Part shown: positions 17,463 through 26,434 of the stretch, in pieces | Position numbering within the stretch: the stretch's first letter is position 1 | Layout: each line of letters opens with the position of its first letter | Assembly (NCBI GenBank): GCA_048539495.1 | Contig: JBLYPS010000008.1 | Location: 837 to 64,836 of the forward strand | DNA length: 64,000 nt | Reading direction: 5' to 3' | DNA from: Dehalococcoidia bacterium | GTDB taxonomy: Bacteria; Chloroflexota; Dehalococcoidia; SZUA-161; SpSt-899 | Position numbers and translations under genes: made by a program | The notes under the pieces: model-generated | Database searches by the model: none | What the model was told of the DNA's origin: nothing | Seen by the model: only the letters and a program-made list of their open reading frames with translations

Positions 17463-19400
17463 CTACCTTCTCAGCACCCGCGGCAAGATCCCTCGAATGT
17501 AATCGTCAGAGGCTAAGTCCAGTCCGGGAACTGCCTCTGTGGAGACCTGGATGAGCTCCCCGAAGAACTCGTTCTCGATCGCCATCCTGGTCTCCTCGTT
17601 CCGCCCTTCAACGCGGCAGATGATCATCGGCTGAGTGTTTGACTTCCGAATTAGAGCCTGCCCCACCCACCGCCCTTCCCCATCAGCCCATTTGATCAGG
17701 CCACCGTCAGTGGTGTCAATGGCATAACCCTTTTGGCGAAAGAGGCTGACAACCACATCCACCACCTCCTGCTTCTCGGTCAACACATTGGTGGCGAGCC
17801 GGATGTTCAGCTCCGGCGTCGTCGGGTATCGCGGCACCCCTTCGTCGAGGTCAATGAAAGTCTTCCCCTCCTTCAGCCCATTGGCAATAACCGTAAGGAG
17901 CTTGACGGTTGCGAGAAGCGCATCATCGAAAATCCAGTTCTCCTCGTGCCCCGACATCTGGTGCCCGGAGAGCTCGGCCGCCAGCACCACCGGCTCCCTG
18001 TTTTTTCGGAGATCTATCTTCTTCCCCTCCCACTGCACCTCCGGCAGGTCAGCCCGAATCCCCCGAATCAGAGCCTTCGTACCGTCTTTGATGAAAGCAT
18101 GTCCGGTGGGGCTGATGATATATTCTCCACCCTGAGCGGTTATGAACTCCTCGGTCATCCGCGAGAATTTCACCTCGCCCATGAATCGAGGCCTCCCGGG
18201 GCGTTTCTTTTTCTCATGCTCCTCAATGATCAGCTTAGCCTGGATTGCGAGTGTTCTATCCCCCTCCACCACCCTCCCATCCGATCTGACGTATATCGCC
18301 CGATCGCCATCCTCATCGAATCCAATCCCCACCACTTCTCGGTGACAACCGGCAGCTTCTCTTATCACCGCCTCCTCAAGCTGTCGGCGATACTTCGCTT
18401 TGATGGGGTCGGGGATGTGGGCCGGGAAGGAGCCATCGGGGGTATCGTTGAGGGCTACTACCTCGGCTCCGAGATCGGAATAGACCCCTTTTGTCCGCCA
18501 CGCCGAGCCATTGCCGAAGTCGATAACCACCATTATCCCCTCAAATGGATGTTTGATCGCCGTAGCCGGCTGCTCGAAATCCGGGGGCAGATCGAGGGCG
18601 CTCCTGATCTGGGCCCACTTTTTGCTATCCAGCCCCTCGGGGAAACCCAGTGCAGCGACGGTATCGAGAAGGGCTTTTAAGTCTCTCCATCTCTTAATCA
18701 GGTATATCCATATCTCCCTTCCCAGACGGCAGTTGGCCTTCACCAGTTCATTGTGGTATCGGACCACCTCGCCTTCCTCAACGGCGATAAGTCTCCCTTC
18801 GCCCTCCAGAAAATCCCCTTCAAGTACCGTTCGCTTGATCTCAAGCATCTGGTCGGCACTGATGCTGGTGATGAATCCATCTTCGCTCTTTATCACCTGT
18901 TTGAGGCCATTGTCTTCCGACTCATTGTGACTGGCAGTGATATTCACCCCACCGTCAGCATTGAGATAAGGGATGGAAAAGTAGAGTTCCGGGGTTGAGG
19001 TAACGCCGACATCATAAACATTCACCCCCGTGGAAAGAATGCCCTTAACTAGCTCACGACGGATTCTTTCTGTTGAAAGCCTGATCCCTCCGCCGACCGT
19101 GGCGGTGAGTCTAGAGTCTAGAGTCTGGAGTCTAGAGTCCCCCTCCCCTTGCCTCGATACTCGATACTCAATACTCGATTGTATATTTCTCCGCAGAAAG
19201 CTGCCATACCCCTTCCCGAGATAGTAGCATACCCTGTCCGAGAGATATTCGTCCGCGACGGCGCGTACATCGTAGGTCTGGAAGATCACGGGATCGATCA
19301 ACATGTAGTCGAGGTCGTCCCTGACCTCGACAGACTCCTGTATCTTCTCCCGATTCTGATAATAGTCCATCCATCTGCTCCTTTCCGAAAAGATAGCCAC
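17463..19400 (-). CDS. phosphoglucomutase/phosphomannomutase family protein (alpha-D-phosphohexomutase)
   Basis: Phosphoserine loop ITASHNESEDNG and Mg-binding FDEDGDR. 645 aa, with an in-frame hybrid palindromic element (19100-19172) giving ...SRQGEGDSRLQTLDSRL.... Confidence 0.8.
   Translation of the reverse strand: MAIFSERSRWMDYYQNREKIQESVEVRDDLDYMLIDPVIFQTYDVRAVADEYLSDRVCYYLGKGYGSFLRRNIQSSIEYRVSRQGEGDSRLQTLDSRLTATVGGGIRLSTERIRRELVKGILSTGVNVYDVGVTSTPELYFSIPYLNADGGVNITASHNESEDNGLKQVIKSEDGFITSISADQMLEIKRTVLEGDFLEGEGRLIAVEEGEVVRYHNELVKANCRLGREIWIYLIKRWRDLKALLDTVAALGFPEGLDSKKWAQIRSALDLPPDFEQPATAIKHPFEGIMVVIDFGNGSAWRTKGVYSDLGAEVVALNDTPDGSFPAHIPDPIKAKYRRQLEEAVIREAAGCHREVVGIGFDEDGDRAIYVRSDGRVVEGDRTLAIQAKLIIEEHEKKKRPGRPRFMGEVKFSRMTEEFITAQGGEYIISPTGHAFIKDGTKALIRGIRADLPEVQWEGKKIDLRKNREPVVLAAELSGHQMSGHEENWIFDDALLATVKLLTVIANGLKEGKTFIDLDEGVPRYPTTPELNIRLATNVLTEKQEVVDVVVSLFRQKGYAIDTTDGGLIKWADGEGRWVGQALIRKSNTQPMIICRVEGRNEETRMAIENEFFGELIQVSTEAVPGLDLASDDYIRGILPRVLRR
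19100..19172. repeat. hybrid palindromic element: family A left arm (gagtcta units) plus family B-like right arm (cgatactcgatactcaatactcga)
   Basis: gagtctagagtctagagtctggagtctagagtcccc ctcccc ttgcctcgatactcgatactcaatactcgatt. Confidence 0.8.
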
Positions 19401-19409
19401 AGAGAAATT

Positions 19410-19475
19410 GGCAGGGCGTAGTAGGTAGCGTGTAGCCTCCCTACCCCCTACACGCTATGCGCTACACGCTAATTG
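19410..19475. repeat. intergenic palindromic element ('tagcgtgtag/ctacacgcta' family)
   Basis: gtagtaggtagcgtgtagcctccctacccctacacgctatgcgctacacgcta. Confidence 0.75.
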
Positions 19476-21123
19476 GTTGTGTCATCACGAGTTTACTCAA
19501 TGCTTCAAAGGAGTACGGGTTTCCCCGGATTGTCTCTGTCCATTCCTTCTTGCCATCCCGCCAGAGCTCGGTCCTCATCCTCACCCTGCCGCAAGAAGGC
19601 AGGAAGATATCCGCCACCACCTCGCCGGAGGATAACTCTAACTTTCCCAGATCGATGCAGTTGTAGATCAGGGCGTCCCTGGTATGCGCATGGGAAAGGG
19701 AGCTAGACACTATGACGCTCCCCGAGATGTCCAGGTAATCAGCGCTCACCCCCAGGAGAATACTGTCCTTCACCCTGCCTTTCGCCTGAGTATCAAGCAA
19801 TATGGAGTTTTCCACGGTCAGCCCACCCGAATAGGAGCTTTCTATCCAGTACCTATCCAGGTCGTAAAACTGCCTCAAGCATTCCCCTTCGAGAGATCTC
19901 TCCAGCAGCCGGAGAAAGTTTTGGTGATAAAGCCGTAGCTGGCCGTAGTCCCACCAGAGGGTCTGGCACCCCAGGTCTTTATCCCCGAATAGCTCAAGCC
20001 CCTCTTGGGCAAGAAACCGCCCTTTGAATCGGTTCACCCTTTCCCAGAGAGCTTCGTCGCCTCCGCCCGACACGAACTCCTCCCGGGTGGAGGTCAGGGG
20101 CATCCAGAGGTGAGGGTCGGTATCCATCCTTGCCCGCTTCTCGGCAAGCTCCGCGGCGAATTCCTCACGCAAAGCTTCCAGCAAGGCGTAAGAGAGCGAA
20201 AAACACCCCAGGCTCTTCCCCATGATTATCCTGCCCGATTCATCCGGTTGGGCCATTCCCCGGTCTATCAGCTTCTTCAGTTCGCTCCAACCTCGTTTTT
20301 CCCTCTGCAGAGCCCCGCTGCCGGCGGCGGGAATACAGTTATCAGAAGTCAGTTGGTAGGGATCAGCCCCCACCCCCCGATCCCTGACCCCTGTAGACTG
20401 TAAACTGATTATGAGTCCGTAGCTCTGCCAGTCCCTCTTCCAGGTCTCTTCATCGGACGGTATTTCGGCTCTGATGCTCAGTATCTCGCCTTGATACTTC
20501 CCCTCAAAACCCACCGACCTTGAGGGGATGAATATCTGATCGCCCCAGAAAACGCAGAGCCTTCCCCCACGGGAGGAAGCAAATGGGCCGGTCTGAAAGA
20601 TCACCCCTTCCAGGACGGTCATGGCGTGCCTCTTGCCATTTGTCTCGATCAGCCGGGGCAGTTTGATGGCCGACTTGTTATTGGCCTCGGCGGCGGGGAG
20701 TGGAGCCATTCTCATGCCCTTGCCGGCGGTATGATACATCGCCACCGAACCTCCGCTCAAGAGTCTGGAGTCTGGAGTCTGGAGTCTGGAGTCCCCCACC
20801 ACCCCCGACTCTCGACTCTCGACTCTCGACTCGTAACGAGGGCTGGCCTGGGCCTTCTCCCAGGCATAGAGTGTGCCCAACAACTGACCGGCCCCGCCCG
20901 GCCAGTCCTCCTCCACCGATATGATCTGTGTCTTTCGGCCGATGACCGAGCCGCGGCCGGCTTCCAGCCGCTCCTGCCAGAAATCCGCCTGATCCCTGTC
21001 CGAGGAAACGACGATGATGACATCGAAGCCGCGGTTGGTCTCCACCGCGGTGTGCATATCTTGAATGTTGGCACGATGCATGATCTCAACCCCTTCCTTA
21101 TCATAGCGCAGAGAGGCCAGCAA
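19462..21123 (-). CDS. putative sugar-1-phosphate nucleotidyltransferase of the fucokinase/GDP-fucose pyrophosphorylase-domain family
   Basis: An N-terminal region (VIIVVSSDRDQADFWQERL...WPGGAGQLLGTLYAW) resembles the fucose pyrophosphorylase domain. It is adjacent to the phosphohexomutase. Two in-frame repeat insertions (20340-20410, 20757-20832). Confidence 0.4.
   Translation of the reverse strand: MLASLRYDKEGVEIMHRANIQDMHTAVETNRGFDVIIVVSSDRDQADFWQERLEAGRGSVIGRKTQIISVEEDWPGGAGQLLGTLYAWEKAQASPRYESRVESRESGVVGDSRLQTPDSRLLSGGSVAMYHTAGKGMRMAPLPAAEANNKSAIKLPRLIETNGKRHAMTVLEGVIFQTGPFASSRGGRLCVFWGDQIFIPSRSVGFEGKYQGEILSIRAEIPSDEETWKRDWQSYGLIISLQSTGVRDRGVGADPYQLTSDNCIPAAGSGALQREKRGWSELKKLIDRGMAQPDESGRIIMGKSLGCFSLSYALLEALREEFAAELAEKRARMDTDPHLWMPLTSTREEFVSGGGDEALWERVNRFKGRFLAQEGLELFGDKDLGCQTLWWDYGQLRLYHQNFLRLLERSLEGECLRQFYDLDRYWIESSYSGGLTVENSILLDTQAKGRVKDSILLGVSADYLDISGSVIVSSSLSHAHTRDALIYNCIDLGKLELSSGEVVADIFLPSCGRVRMRTELWRDGKKEWTETIRGNPYSFEALSKLVMTQPISV
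20340..20410. repeat. composite heptamer element (C family), in frame in a CDS
   Basis: cagttggtagggatcagcccccaccccccgatccctgacccctgtagactgtaaactg. Confidence 0.7.
20757..20832. repeat. family A palindromic element, in frame in a CDS
   Basis: gagtctggagtctggagtctggagtctggagtcccccaccacccccgactctcgactctcgactctcgactcg. Confidence 0.85.
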
Positions 21124-21180
21124 GGCAATTAGTGATTGGTGAATAGTGACTAACCAATCACTAACGCTTATTGAGCCATT
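21118..21180. repeat. gtgattg-family palindromic element (intergenic)
   Basis: attagtgattggtgaatagtgactaaccaatcactaacgc. Confidence 0.7.
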
Positions 21181-21195
21181 GTGCTATAATATTAG

Positions 21196-21262
21196 GCGAC
21201 ATTAGCGTGTCCGTGATACGTGTCCCGTGTCCGGACACGGGACACGGACACGGATACTATGG
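21196..21262. repeat. gtgtccggacac-family palindromic element (at the 5' end of the hydro-lyase ORF)
   Basis: gcgtgtccgtgatacgtgtcccgtgtccggacacgggacacggacacggatact. Confidence 0.75.
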
Positions 21263-21954
21263 CGCTATGTATTAGATTGCCACTTCACGGTGAGGTGATA
21301 GAGAAATTGAGAGCCGGCGACCAGGTCAGGCTCAACGGAATTATCTATGCCGCCCGCGATGCGGCGCATAAACGGCTCGTCGAGGCACTCGATAGAGGCG
21401 GGAAGCCCCCCTTTGAGATCGAGGGGCAGACGATCTACTACATGGGACCTTCTCCGGCCAGGCCCGGTAAGGTCATCGGTTCGGCGGGGCCGACCACCAG
21501 CGGTCGCATGGATGCTTATGCGCCGCGATTGATGGCGATCGGACTCAAGGGGATGATCGGGAAGGGGGCTCGCTCCCAGGAGGTTAAAGATGCCATGCGC
21601 AGATACAAGGCCGTCTACTTTGCCGCCATTGGGGGTGCCGGAGCCCTCATCTCTAAGTCCATCAAGAAGGCCGAAGTCATAGCCTATGATGACCTCGGCG
21701 CCGAAGCCCTACGGCGTCTGGAGGTGGAGGATTTCCCCGCCACGGTAATCAATGACATATATGGCGGCGACCTCTATGAGGAAGGGAAGGCAAAATATAG
21801 CATAACCCTCAAGAGTCCGACGAGGGTTTTGGCGTCGCGAATCTCTCCCGAAGCAATCATCTCCGGGATACCGGCCAGCGGAATGCGGACAACATCCATG
21901 ATCTCATCGGCATCTGGTGCCTCCGGAACTGGCTCCAGTTCCGTGGCGAGATAG
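21259..21954 (+). CDS. Fe-S hydro-lyase beta subunit (class I fumarate hydratase / tartrate dehydratase beta-type)
   Basis: Resembles the beta-subunit/C-terminal domain of class I fumarase/tartrate dehydratase (e.g. PPFEIEGQTIYYMGPSP...GSAGPTTSGRMD...GLKGMIGKG...VYFAAIGGAGAL), from memory of the family. Its 3' end has no stop for about 150 nt past the expected end and overlaps the convergent NUDIX gene. No alpha subunit is adjacent. Confidence 0.7.
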   Translation: MALCIRLPLHGEVIEKLRAGDQVRLNGIIYAARDAAHKRLVEALDRGGKPPFEIEGQTIYYMGPSPARPGKVIGSAGPTTSGRMDAYAPRLMAIGLKGMIGKGARSQEVKDAMRRYKAVYFAAIGGAGALISKSIKKAEVIAYDDLGAEALRRLEVEDFPATVINDIYGGDLYEEGKAKYSITLKSPTRVLASRISPEAIISGIPASGMRTTSMISSASGASGTGSSSVAR

Positions 21955-22313
21955 AGATAAAGATACTCGGTGGAATATCCGGGGCTGGCATAGAAACCGC
22001 CAAGAGGCTCTACCTTTCCGGCCAAGTAGCCGGTTTCCTCCCTCAATTCACGGTGTGCACAGACAAGCGGGCTTTCACCGGGCTCAACCTTGCCCGCTGG
22101 AATCTCAAGCAAATCCTGACCTGCAGCGCTGCGGTGTTGGCGAACCAGGATGACATTTTTCGCAGCATCAACCGCCACGATTGCAACACAGTTGCCATGC
22201 TCCACGATCTCCCGGGTAGCTTTCCTGCCTGATAGTAGCTCTACGCCGTCAACACGGAGATTGATCCTCCGTCCCTGATAGGCATACTTGCTATCCAGCA
22301 ATTTCTCTCTCAT
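21774..22313 (-). CDS. NUDIX hydrolase (ADP-ribose pyrophosphatase-like)
   Basis: Nudix box GKVEPGESPLVCAHRELREETGY. Confidence 0.85.
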   Translation of the reverse strand: MREKLLDSKYAYQGRRINLRVDGVELLSGRKATREIVEHGNCVAIVAVDAAKNVILVRQHRSAAGQDLLEIPAGKVEPGESPLVCAHRELREETGYLAGKVEPLGGFYASPGYSTEYLYLYLATELEPVPEAPDADEIMDVVRIPLAGIPEMIASGEIRDAKTLVGLLRVMLYFAFPSS

Positions 22314-22317
22314 TGAG

Positions 22318-22380
22318 TTTGTAGAGTTTGTAGAGTTTGTTGAGTGGGGGAGGGGCGGCCTCTATAACTTAACAAACTTC
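22318..22380. repeat. 9-nt-unit palindromic element (gagtttgta x3 ... caaactt)
   Basis: gagtttgtagagtttgtagagtttgttgagtgggggaggggcggcctctataacttaacaaacttc. Confidence 0.7.
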
Positions 22381-22382
22381 GG

Positions 22383-22859
22383 CTACCATTGCAGCTTTGC
22401 CGAGGGCTTCAAGTGGAGGACCATAGCAATCTCATCGCAATCGGGATACTTGGGGCATCGCTGGCATTCCCCCCATATCTTCCGGGGAAGCTCCATGAGA
22501 CTAACCTGATTAAAACCGAATTGCTCGAAGAAGGTTGGCTGATAGGTAAGACAGAAGATGGTAGCCACACCCAGTCCCCTGGCCTCCTCGATGCACTCTT
22601 CGATCAGCGCGGTGCCGAGACCGGCATCCTGTTGCTCCTCGGCTACGGCGAGGGACTTGATCTCTACCAGGTCATGCCAGCAGATATGCAGGGCCACACA
22701 AGCTGCTATCTCTTCTCCTTCACGAACGACGAAGAAATCTCGCAGGTTCTCATAGATTTCACTCAAGCTTCGAGGAAGCATCTGACCCTGTGCGGCGAAA
22801 TAATTCACCAGCTTGTGCATCTGAGGCACATCGGCGATGTTCGCCTTTTCAATCTTCAT
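22383..22859 (-). CDS. GNAT family N-acetyltransferase (amino-acid N-acetyltransferase-like)
   Basis: An acetyl-CoA binding region (QQDAGLGTALIEECIEEARGLG) in a 158-aa GNAT fold. Its start overlaps the stop of nadK. Confidence 0.75.
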   Translation of the reverse strand: MKIEKANIADVPQMHKLVNYFAAQGQMLPRSLSEIYENLRDFFVVREGEEIAACVALHICWHDLVEIKSLAVAEEQQDAGLGTALIEECIEEARGLGVATIFCLTYQPTFFEQFGFNQVSLMELPRKIWGECQRCPKYPDCDEIAMVLHLKPSAKLQW

Positions 22860-23742
22860 CTGCTGATCCCCCTCTGGCACTCAATTTCTGCAATAATGTC
22901 TGATGGAAGAAGGAGCGCGGCTGGATTCGTAAGAGCCGGGTGGTATAAGGGCTGCGTCTGATTCTGACCGTGTCCCCGCTGCGTAAGGGTAACTCAAGCT
23001 GCCCGTCAATACTGACCCTGGCCTCGTGAGCGGTTCGAACCTCAAGTTCTACGAGGGATTGGGGAGATAGCACCAGAGAAGTAGCCAAACTTAAATGCGG
23101 TGCGATGGGTGTCAATAAAATCTCCTCCGCGCTGGGGAAAAGGATCGGCCCACCTGAGGCCAGTGAGTATCCGGTGCTTCCGGTTGCCGTGGCTACGATA
23201 ACTCCATCGCCCTTATAGGTGGTTACCGGTTGGCCGTCGACGGATGCTTTCACCCGGATGACCCGGATGATTGATCCTCGCCCCACCACTACATCGTTCA
23301 GTGCGTGAATGACTGACTTTCCGTCTCCGTAGTCCGTTGACCGTGTCCGGACACGGTCAACGTATCCCGGACACGATTCGGGAAGTTCTGCCTGGAGCAT
23401 TGCCCGTTCGTCGGTCCAGCTTTCTCCATTCAAGAAGCTGGAAATCCTGGTGAGTGCCTCCCGCCCGCTGATTTCGGTCGTAAATCCCAGATTGCCCAGG
23501 TTTATGCCCAGGATGGGAATCGCCTCAGGAGCGGCGAGGCGCGCCGCCCGCATCATCGTGCCATCACCGCCGAGGCTGAGGATCATCTCGGTTCCGGCGA
23601 GTTCCTCCCCTGCCCTGGCCTCGTCTGAGGCGGGGTAAGCCCAGACTGAAACGCCCGATTGCTGCAATTTCTTCGCCAGACTTTGCGCAAGGCCCGGAGC
23701 GGCAGCGATGTTAGCGTTAAACAATATACCGACTCGTCTCAT
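22849..23742 (-). CDS. nadK: NAD(+) kinase
   Basis: GGDGTMMRAARL motif and the conserved NAD kinase C-terminal domain. Carries an in-frame 'gtgtccggacac' insertion at 23333-23380. Confidence 0.9.
   Translation of the reverse strand: MRRVGILFNANIAAAPGLAQSLAKKLQQSGVSVWAYPASDEARAGEELAGTEMILSLGGDGTMMRAARLAAPEAIPILGINLGNLGFTTEISGREALTRISSFLNGESWTDERAMLQAELPESCPGYVDRVRTRSTDYGDGKSVIHALNDVVVGRGSIIRVIRVKASVDGQPVTTYKGDGVIVATATGSTGYSLASGGPILFPSAEEILLTPIAPHLSLATSLVLSPQSLVELEVRTAHEARVSIDGQLELPLRSGDTVRIRRSPYTTRLLRIQPRSFFHQTLLQKLSARGGSADED
23333..23380. repeat. gtgtccggacac-family palindromic element, in frame in nadK
   Basis: gtccgttgaccgtgtccggacacggtcaacgtatcccggacacgat. Near-identical core to 10541-10598. 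Confidence 0.8.
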
Positions 23743-23793
23743 AGTTGCACCGGGTAGATTTTAACACAAAACCTGCATTTACTGAAACCGTTT

Positions 23794-23887
23794 CGGAATT
23801 AACCCTTCAGGGTTTCATGCTGCGTGATGAAAGGCTAACCGGAATTAACCCTTCAGGGTTTCATGCTGCGTGATTACAGGCTAAAGC
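23794..23887. repeat. tandem direct duplication (2 x ~47 bp) in the nadK upstream region
   Basis: cggaattaacccttcagggtttcatgctgcgtgatgaaaggctaac / cggaattaacccttcagggtttcatgctgcgtgattacaggctaaag. Confidence 0.85.
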
Positions 23888-23888
23888 C

Positions 23889-24368
23889 TTAATTCCCTGA
23901 CCTCAGCAGCTCCTCCAGTTCCTCGTTCATCCTTTGCCAGTGCGTTCCTCGCCAGTAAATACGATTGCACCCTGGACACTGCATGTATTGCTCTTGTGTC
24001 CGGAAAACATACGGTGGAACAAGATCATGAACCTCTTCTCTACCCCTGGGAATCAAGGGCTGGTTGCATTCCAGGCAGAGCGAAAACGGATCGGAGCCCG
24101 ATTCCAGTTGCAACATTTCCGCCACCTGTCGGAGCTGTTCCCTCACGTTATCGGCTTCGATCAACACCACCTTGATCTTTCCGGTAAAGGCCACCCCTCT
24201 TCGTAGTATGCCGGTATCCCTGGTCAAGAGAACCCTCCCCTCTTTGAGTGCGATTCGAACGAGCTCGTTATCGTCCAGACCGTTGATGAACAGGGCATCA
24301 TATCCCAACATCCGAAGCCTTTTGGCCAGTTTGCCTACGTTGAGATCGACAATGAACTTAGGCTTCAT
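23889..24368 (-). CDS. Mut7-C RNase domain protein (PIN-like)
   Basis: N-terminal FIVDLNVGKLAKRLRMLGYD...LLTRD and a C-terminal CxxC...CxxC zinc ribbon (CLECN...CPGCN). Confidence 0.65.
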   Translation of the reverse strand: MKPKFIVDLNVGKLAKRLRMLGYDALFINGLDDNELVRIALKEGRVLLTRDTGILRRGVAFTGKIKVVLIEADNVREQLRQVAEMLQLESGSDPFSLCLECNQPLIPRGREEVHDLVPPYVFRTQEQYMQCPGCNRIYWRGTHWQRMNEELEELLRSGN

Positions 24369-24489
24369 ACCTTTAATTATACCCTATTCCACAGGCGTTT
24401 TCATTTCCGTCGAGGTCAGGGACGACCTCGACTACTGTTATAAATATACAGGCGTTTTCATTGCTGTCTCGATTTGTTATAATTCAGCT

Positions 24490-24906
24490 ATGGAGTCAAA
24501 GTTCGAGTTCATCGATCATACTGCTGACGTAGGTCTTATCGCCTATGGGAATAGCGTTGAAGAGGTGTTCCTCAATGCGGCCTATGGGATGTTCAGCCTC
24601 ATTGCTGATCTCGAAAGGGTAGCCGAAGTGATCAGTCGCCAGGTGGTTGCCGAAGCTCCGGATCAGGATGAATTGCTGGTCACCTGGCTGAATGAGCTGC
24701 TCTATCTCTTCGATGCCGAAGGGCTTATCTTCAGTAGATTTGAGATCCTCGACCTGCGAGAGCAATCATTGAGGGCGATGGCTCACGGCGAAAAGGTCGA
24801 TCCCTGGCGTCACAATCTCAAGACACAGGTCAAGGCAGCCACATATCACCAGCTCAAGCTGGAAAAAGGAGACCATTTCAGGGCCCGAATAATTCTCGAT
24901 ATCTGA
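24490..24906 (+). CDS. archease
   Basis: FEFIDHTADVGLIAYGNSVEEVF...KAATYHQL is the archease signature. It sits immediately upstream of rtcB. The longer ORF from 24064 is antisense to the previous gene and was rejected. Confidence 0.85.
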   Translation: MESKFEFIDHTADVGLIAYGNSVEEVFLNAAYGMFSLIADLERVAEVISRQVVAEAPDQDELLVTWLNELLYLFDAEGLIFSRFEILDLREQSLRAMAHGEKVDPWRHNLKTQVKAATYHQLKLEKGDHFRARIILDI

Positions 24907-24950
24907 AGAGGTTCACGGCTGGGGAGGGGAGGAACCTTGAACTTTGAACC
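24905..24950. repeat. heptamer palindromic element (ggttcac.../gaacctt units)
   Basis: gaggttcacggctggggaggggaggaaccttgaactttgaaccc. Relative at 37830-37900. Confidence 0.7.
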
Positions 24951-26428
24951 CGTTAAATGGAGGTGTGGAGATGTCGTCCTGGAAGGAGATACTCAAGAAA
25001 ATCGATGATTACCGCTGGGAAATACCGACCAGCTACAAGCCTGGAATGCGTGTGCCGGGGCTTATCTATGCTGATGAGCACTTGCTGGAGCAAATCGGTG
25101 GCGAGCAGTCGCCGGAGCAGGTAGCTAACGTGGCGTTTCTCCCCGGAATCGTGGGCAAGGCTCTGGCCATGCCCGATATTCACTGGGGATACGGATTCCC
25201 TATCGGGGGGGTTGCCGCGACCCGTGTCGATGATGGGGTGATCTCTCCGGGTGGGGTGGGGTTCGACATCAACTGCGGCGTGCGGCTCTTGACCACCAAC
25301 CTGATGGAGAAAGACGTCCGGCCCAGGATTGAAGAGATAGTGGGGCAACTATTTGTGAGCATTCCCTCCGGCCTGGGGTCTGAGGGTCGCCTAAGGGTCA
25401 AGGGAAAAGAGATGGACAAGGTGCTGCGCGATGGCGCCCGGTGGGCCGTCGAGAAGGGCTATGGCGATCAGGAAGACCTGGAATTTACCGAAGAGGGTGG
25501 GCGCCTCAAGGAGGCGGATCCTGATCAGGTTAGCGAGAAGGCCAAGAAACGGGGCATCCCTCAATTGGGCACCCTTGGGTCCGGCAATCACTTCCTTGAG
25601 GTTCAGATGGTGGAAGAGATCTACGATGAATCGGCCGCCGGCGTGTTTGGTGTGCATCAAGCGGGTCAAGCGCTTATCTTGATTCACACCGGCTCACGGG
25701 GATTCGGCCATCAGGTCTGCGACGATTATCTCAAGACGATGGGCTCAGCGGTGAAGAAGTATGGCATCGAGCTGCCCGACCGGCAACTGGCCTGTGCCCC
25801 GGTGAAATCACCCGAAGGGCAGGCATATCTTGCGGCAATGGCCTGCGCGGCTAACTATGCCTGGGCTAATCGCCAGTGCATCACTCACTGGACGAGGGAA
25901 ACGCTATGCGGTGTCTTCGGGAGGAGACCTCGTGAATTGGGGCTGAGACAGGTCTACGATGTGGCTCATAACATCGCCAAGATAGAGGAGCACACCGCCG
26001 ATGGCAAGAGGCTCCTGCTATGTGTGCATCGCAAAGGGGCTACCAGGGCTTTCCCTGCGGGGCATCCCGATGTGCCCGCGGCATACAAGAATGTCGGTCA
26101 ACCGGTGCTTATTCCCGGGGATATGGGGCGTTACTCCTATGTGGCAGTAGGGACTCAGAGGGCAATGAAGGAGACCTTCGGTTCGACCTGCCACGGGGCA
26201 GGCAGGGTGCAGAGTCGCACGAAAGCCAGGAGAGGGCTTTCCACCTCCGAGGTGGCTGATGAGCTAAGGGCGAAAGGAATTACCTTCCAGGTAGCGAGTA
26301 AGACGGCCCTGATTGAGGAAGCATCCCAGGCCTACAAGGACGTGAGCGAGGTGGTTGCGGTGGCCGATGGGGCGGGGATATCACGCAAGGTGTTCAAGGC
26401 CAGGCCGATCGGGGTGATAAAGGGCTAG
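24944..26428 (+). CDS. rtcB: RNA-splicing ligase RtcB
   Basis: GVGFDINCGVR, GSGNHF and HRKGATRA motifs. The start may be the Met at 24971. Confidence 0.9.
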   Translation: MNPLNGGVEMSSWKEILKKIDDYRWEIPTSYKPGMRVPGLIYADEHLLEQIGGEQSPEQVANVAFLPGIVGKALAMPDIHWGYGFPIGGVAATRVDDGVISPGGVGFDINCGVRLLTTNLMEKDVRPRIEEIVGQLFVSIPSGLGSEGRLRVKGKEMDKVLRDGARWAVEKGYGDQEDLEFTEEGGRLKEADPDQVSEKAKKRGIPQLGTLGSGNHFLEVQMVEEIYDESAAGVFGVHQAGQALILIHTGSRGFGHQVCDDYLKTMGSAVKKYGIELPDRQLACAPVKSPEGQAYLAAMACAANYAWANRQCITHWTRETLCGVFGRRPRELGLRQVYDVAHNIAKIEEHTADGKRLLLCVHRKGATRAFPAGHPDVPAAYKNVGQPVLIPGDMGRYSYVAVGTQRAMKETFGSTCHGAGRVQSRTKARRGLSTSEVADELRAKGITFQVASKTALIEEASQAYKDVSEVVAVADGAGISRKVFKARPIGVIKG

Positions 26429-26434
26429 AATGAG

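Noticed and set aside
17733-18680. 315-aa plus-strand ORF inside the phosphohexomutase gene
   Set aside because: It is antisense to a well-supported CDS and Pro/Arg/Ser-rich, as expected for a GC-rich antisense frame.
24064-24489. 5' extension of the archease ORF (280-aa ORF starting at 24064)
   Set aside because: The upstream portion is antisense to the Mut7-C gene and low-complexity. The conserved archease begins at Met 24490.
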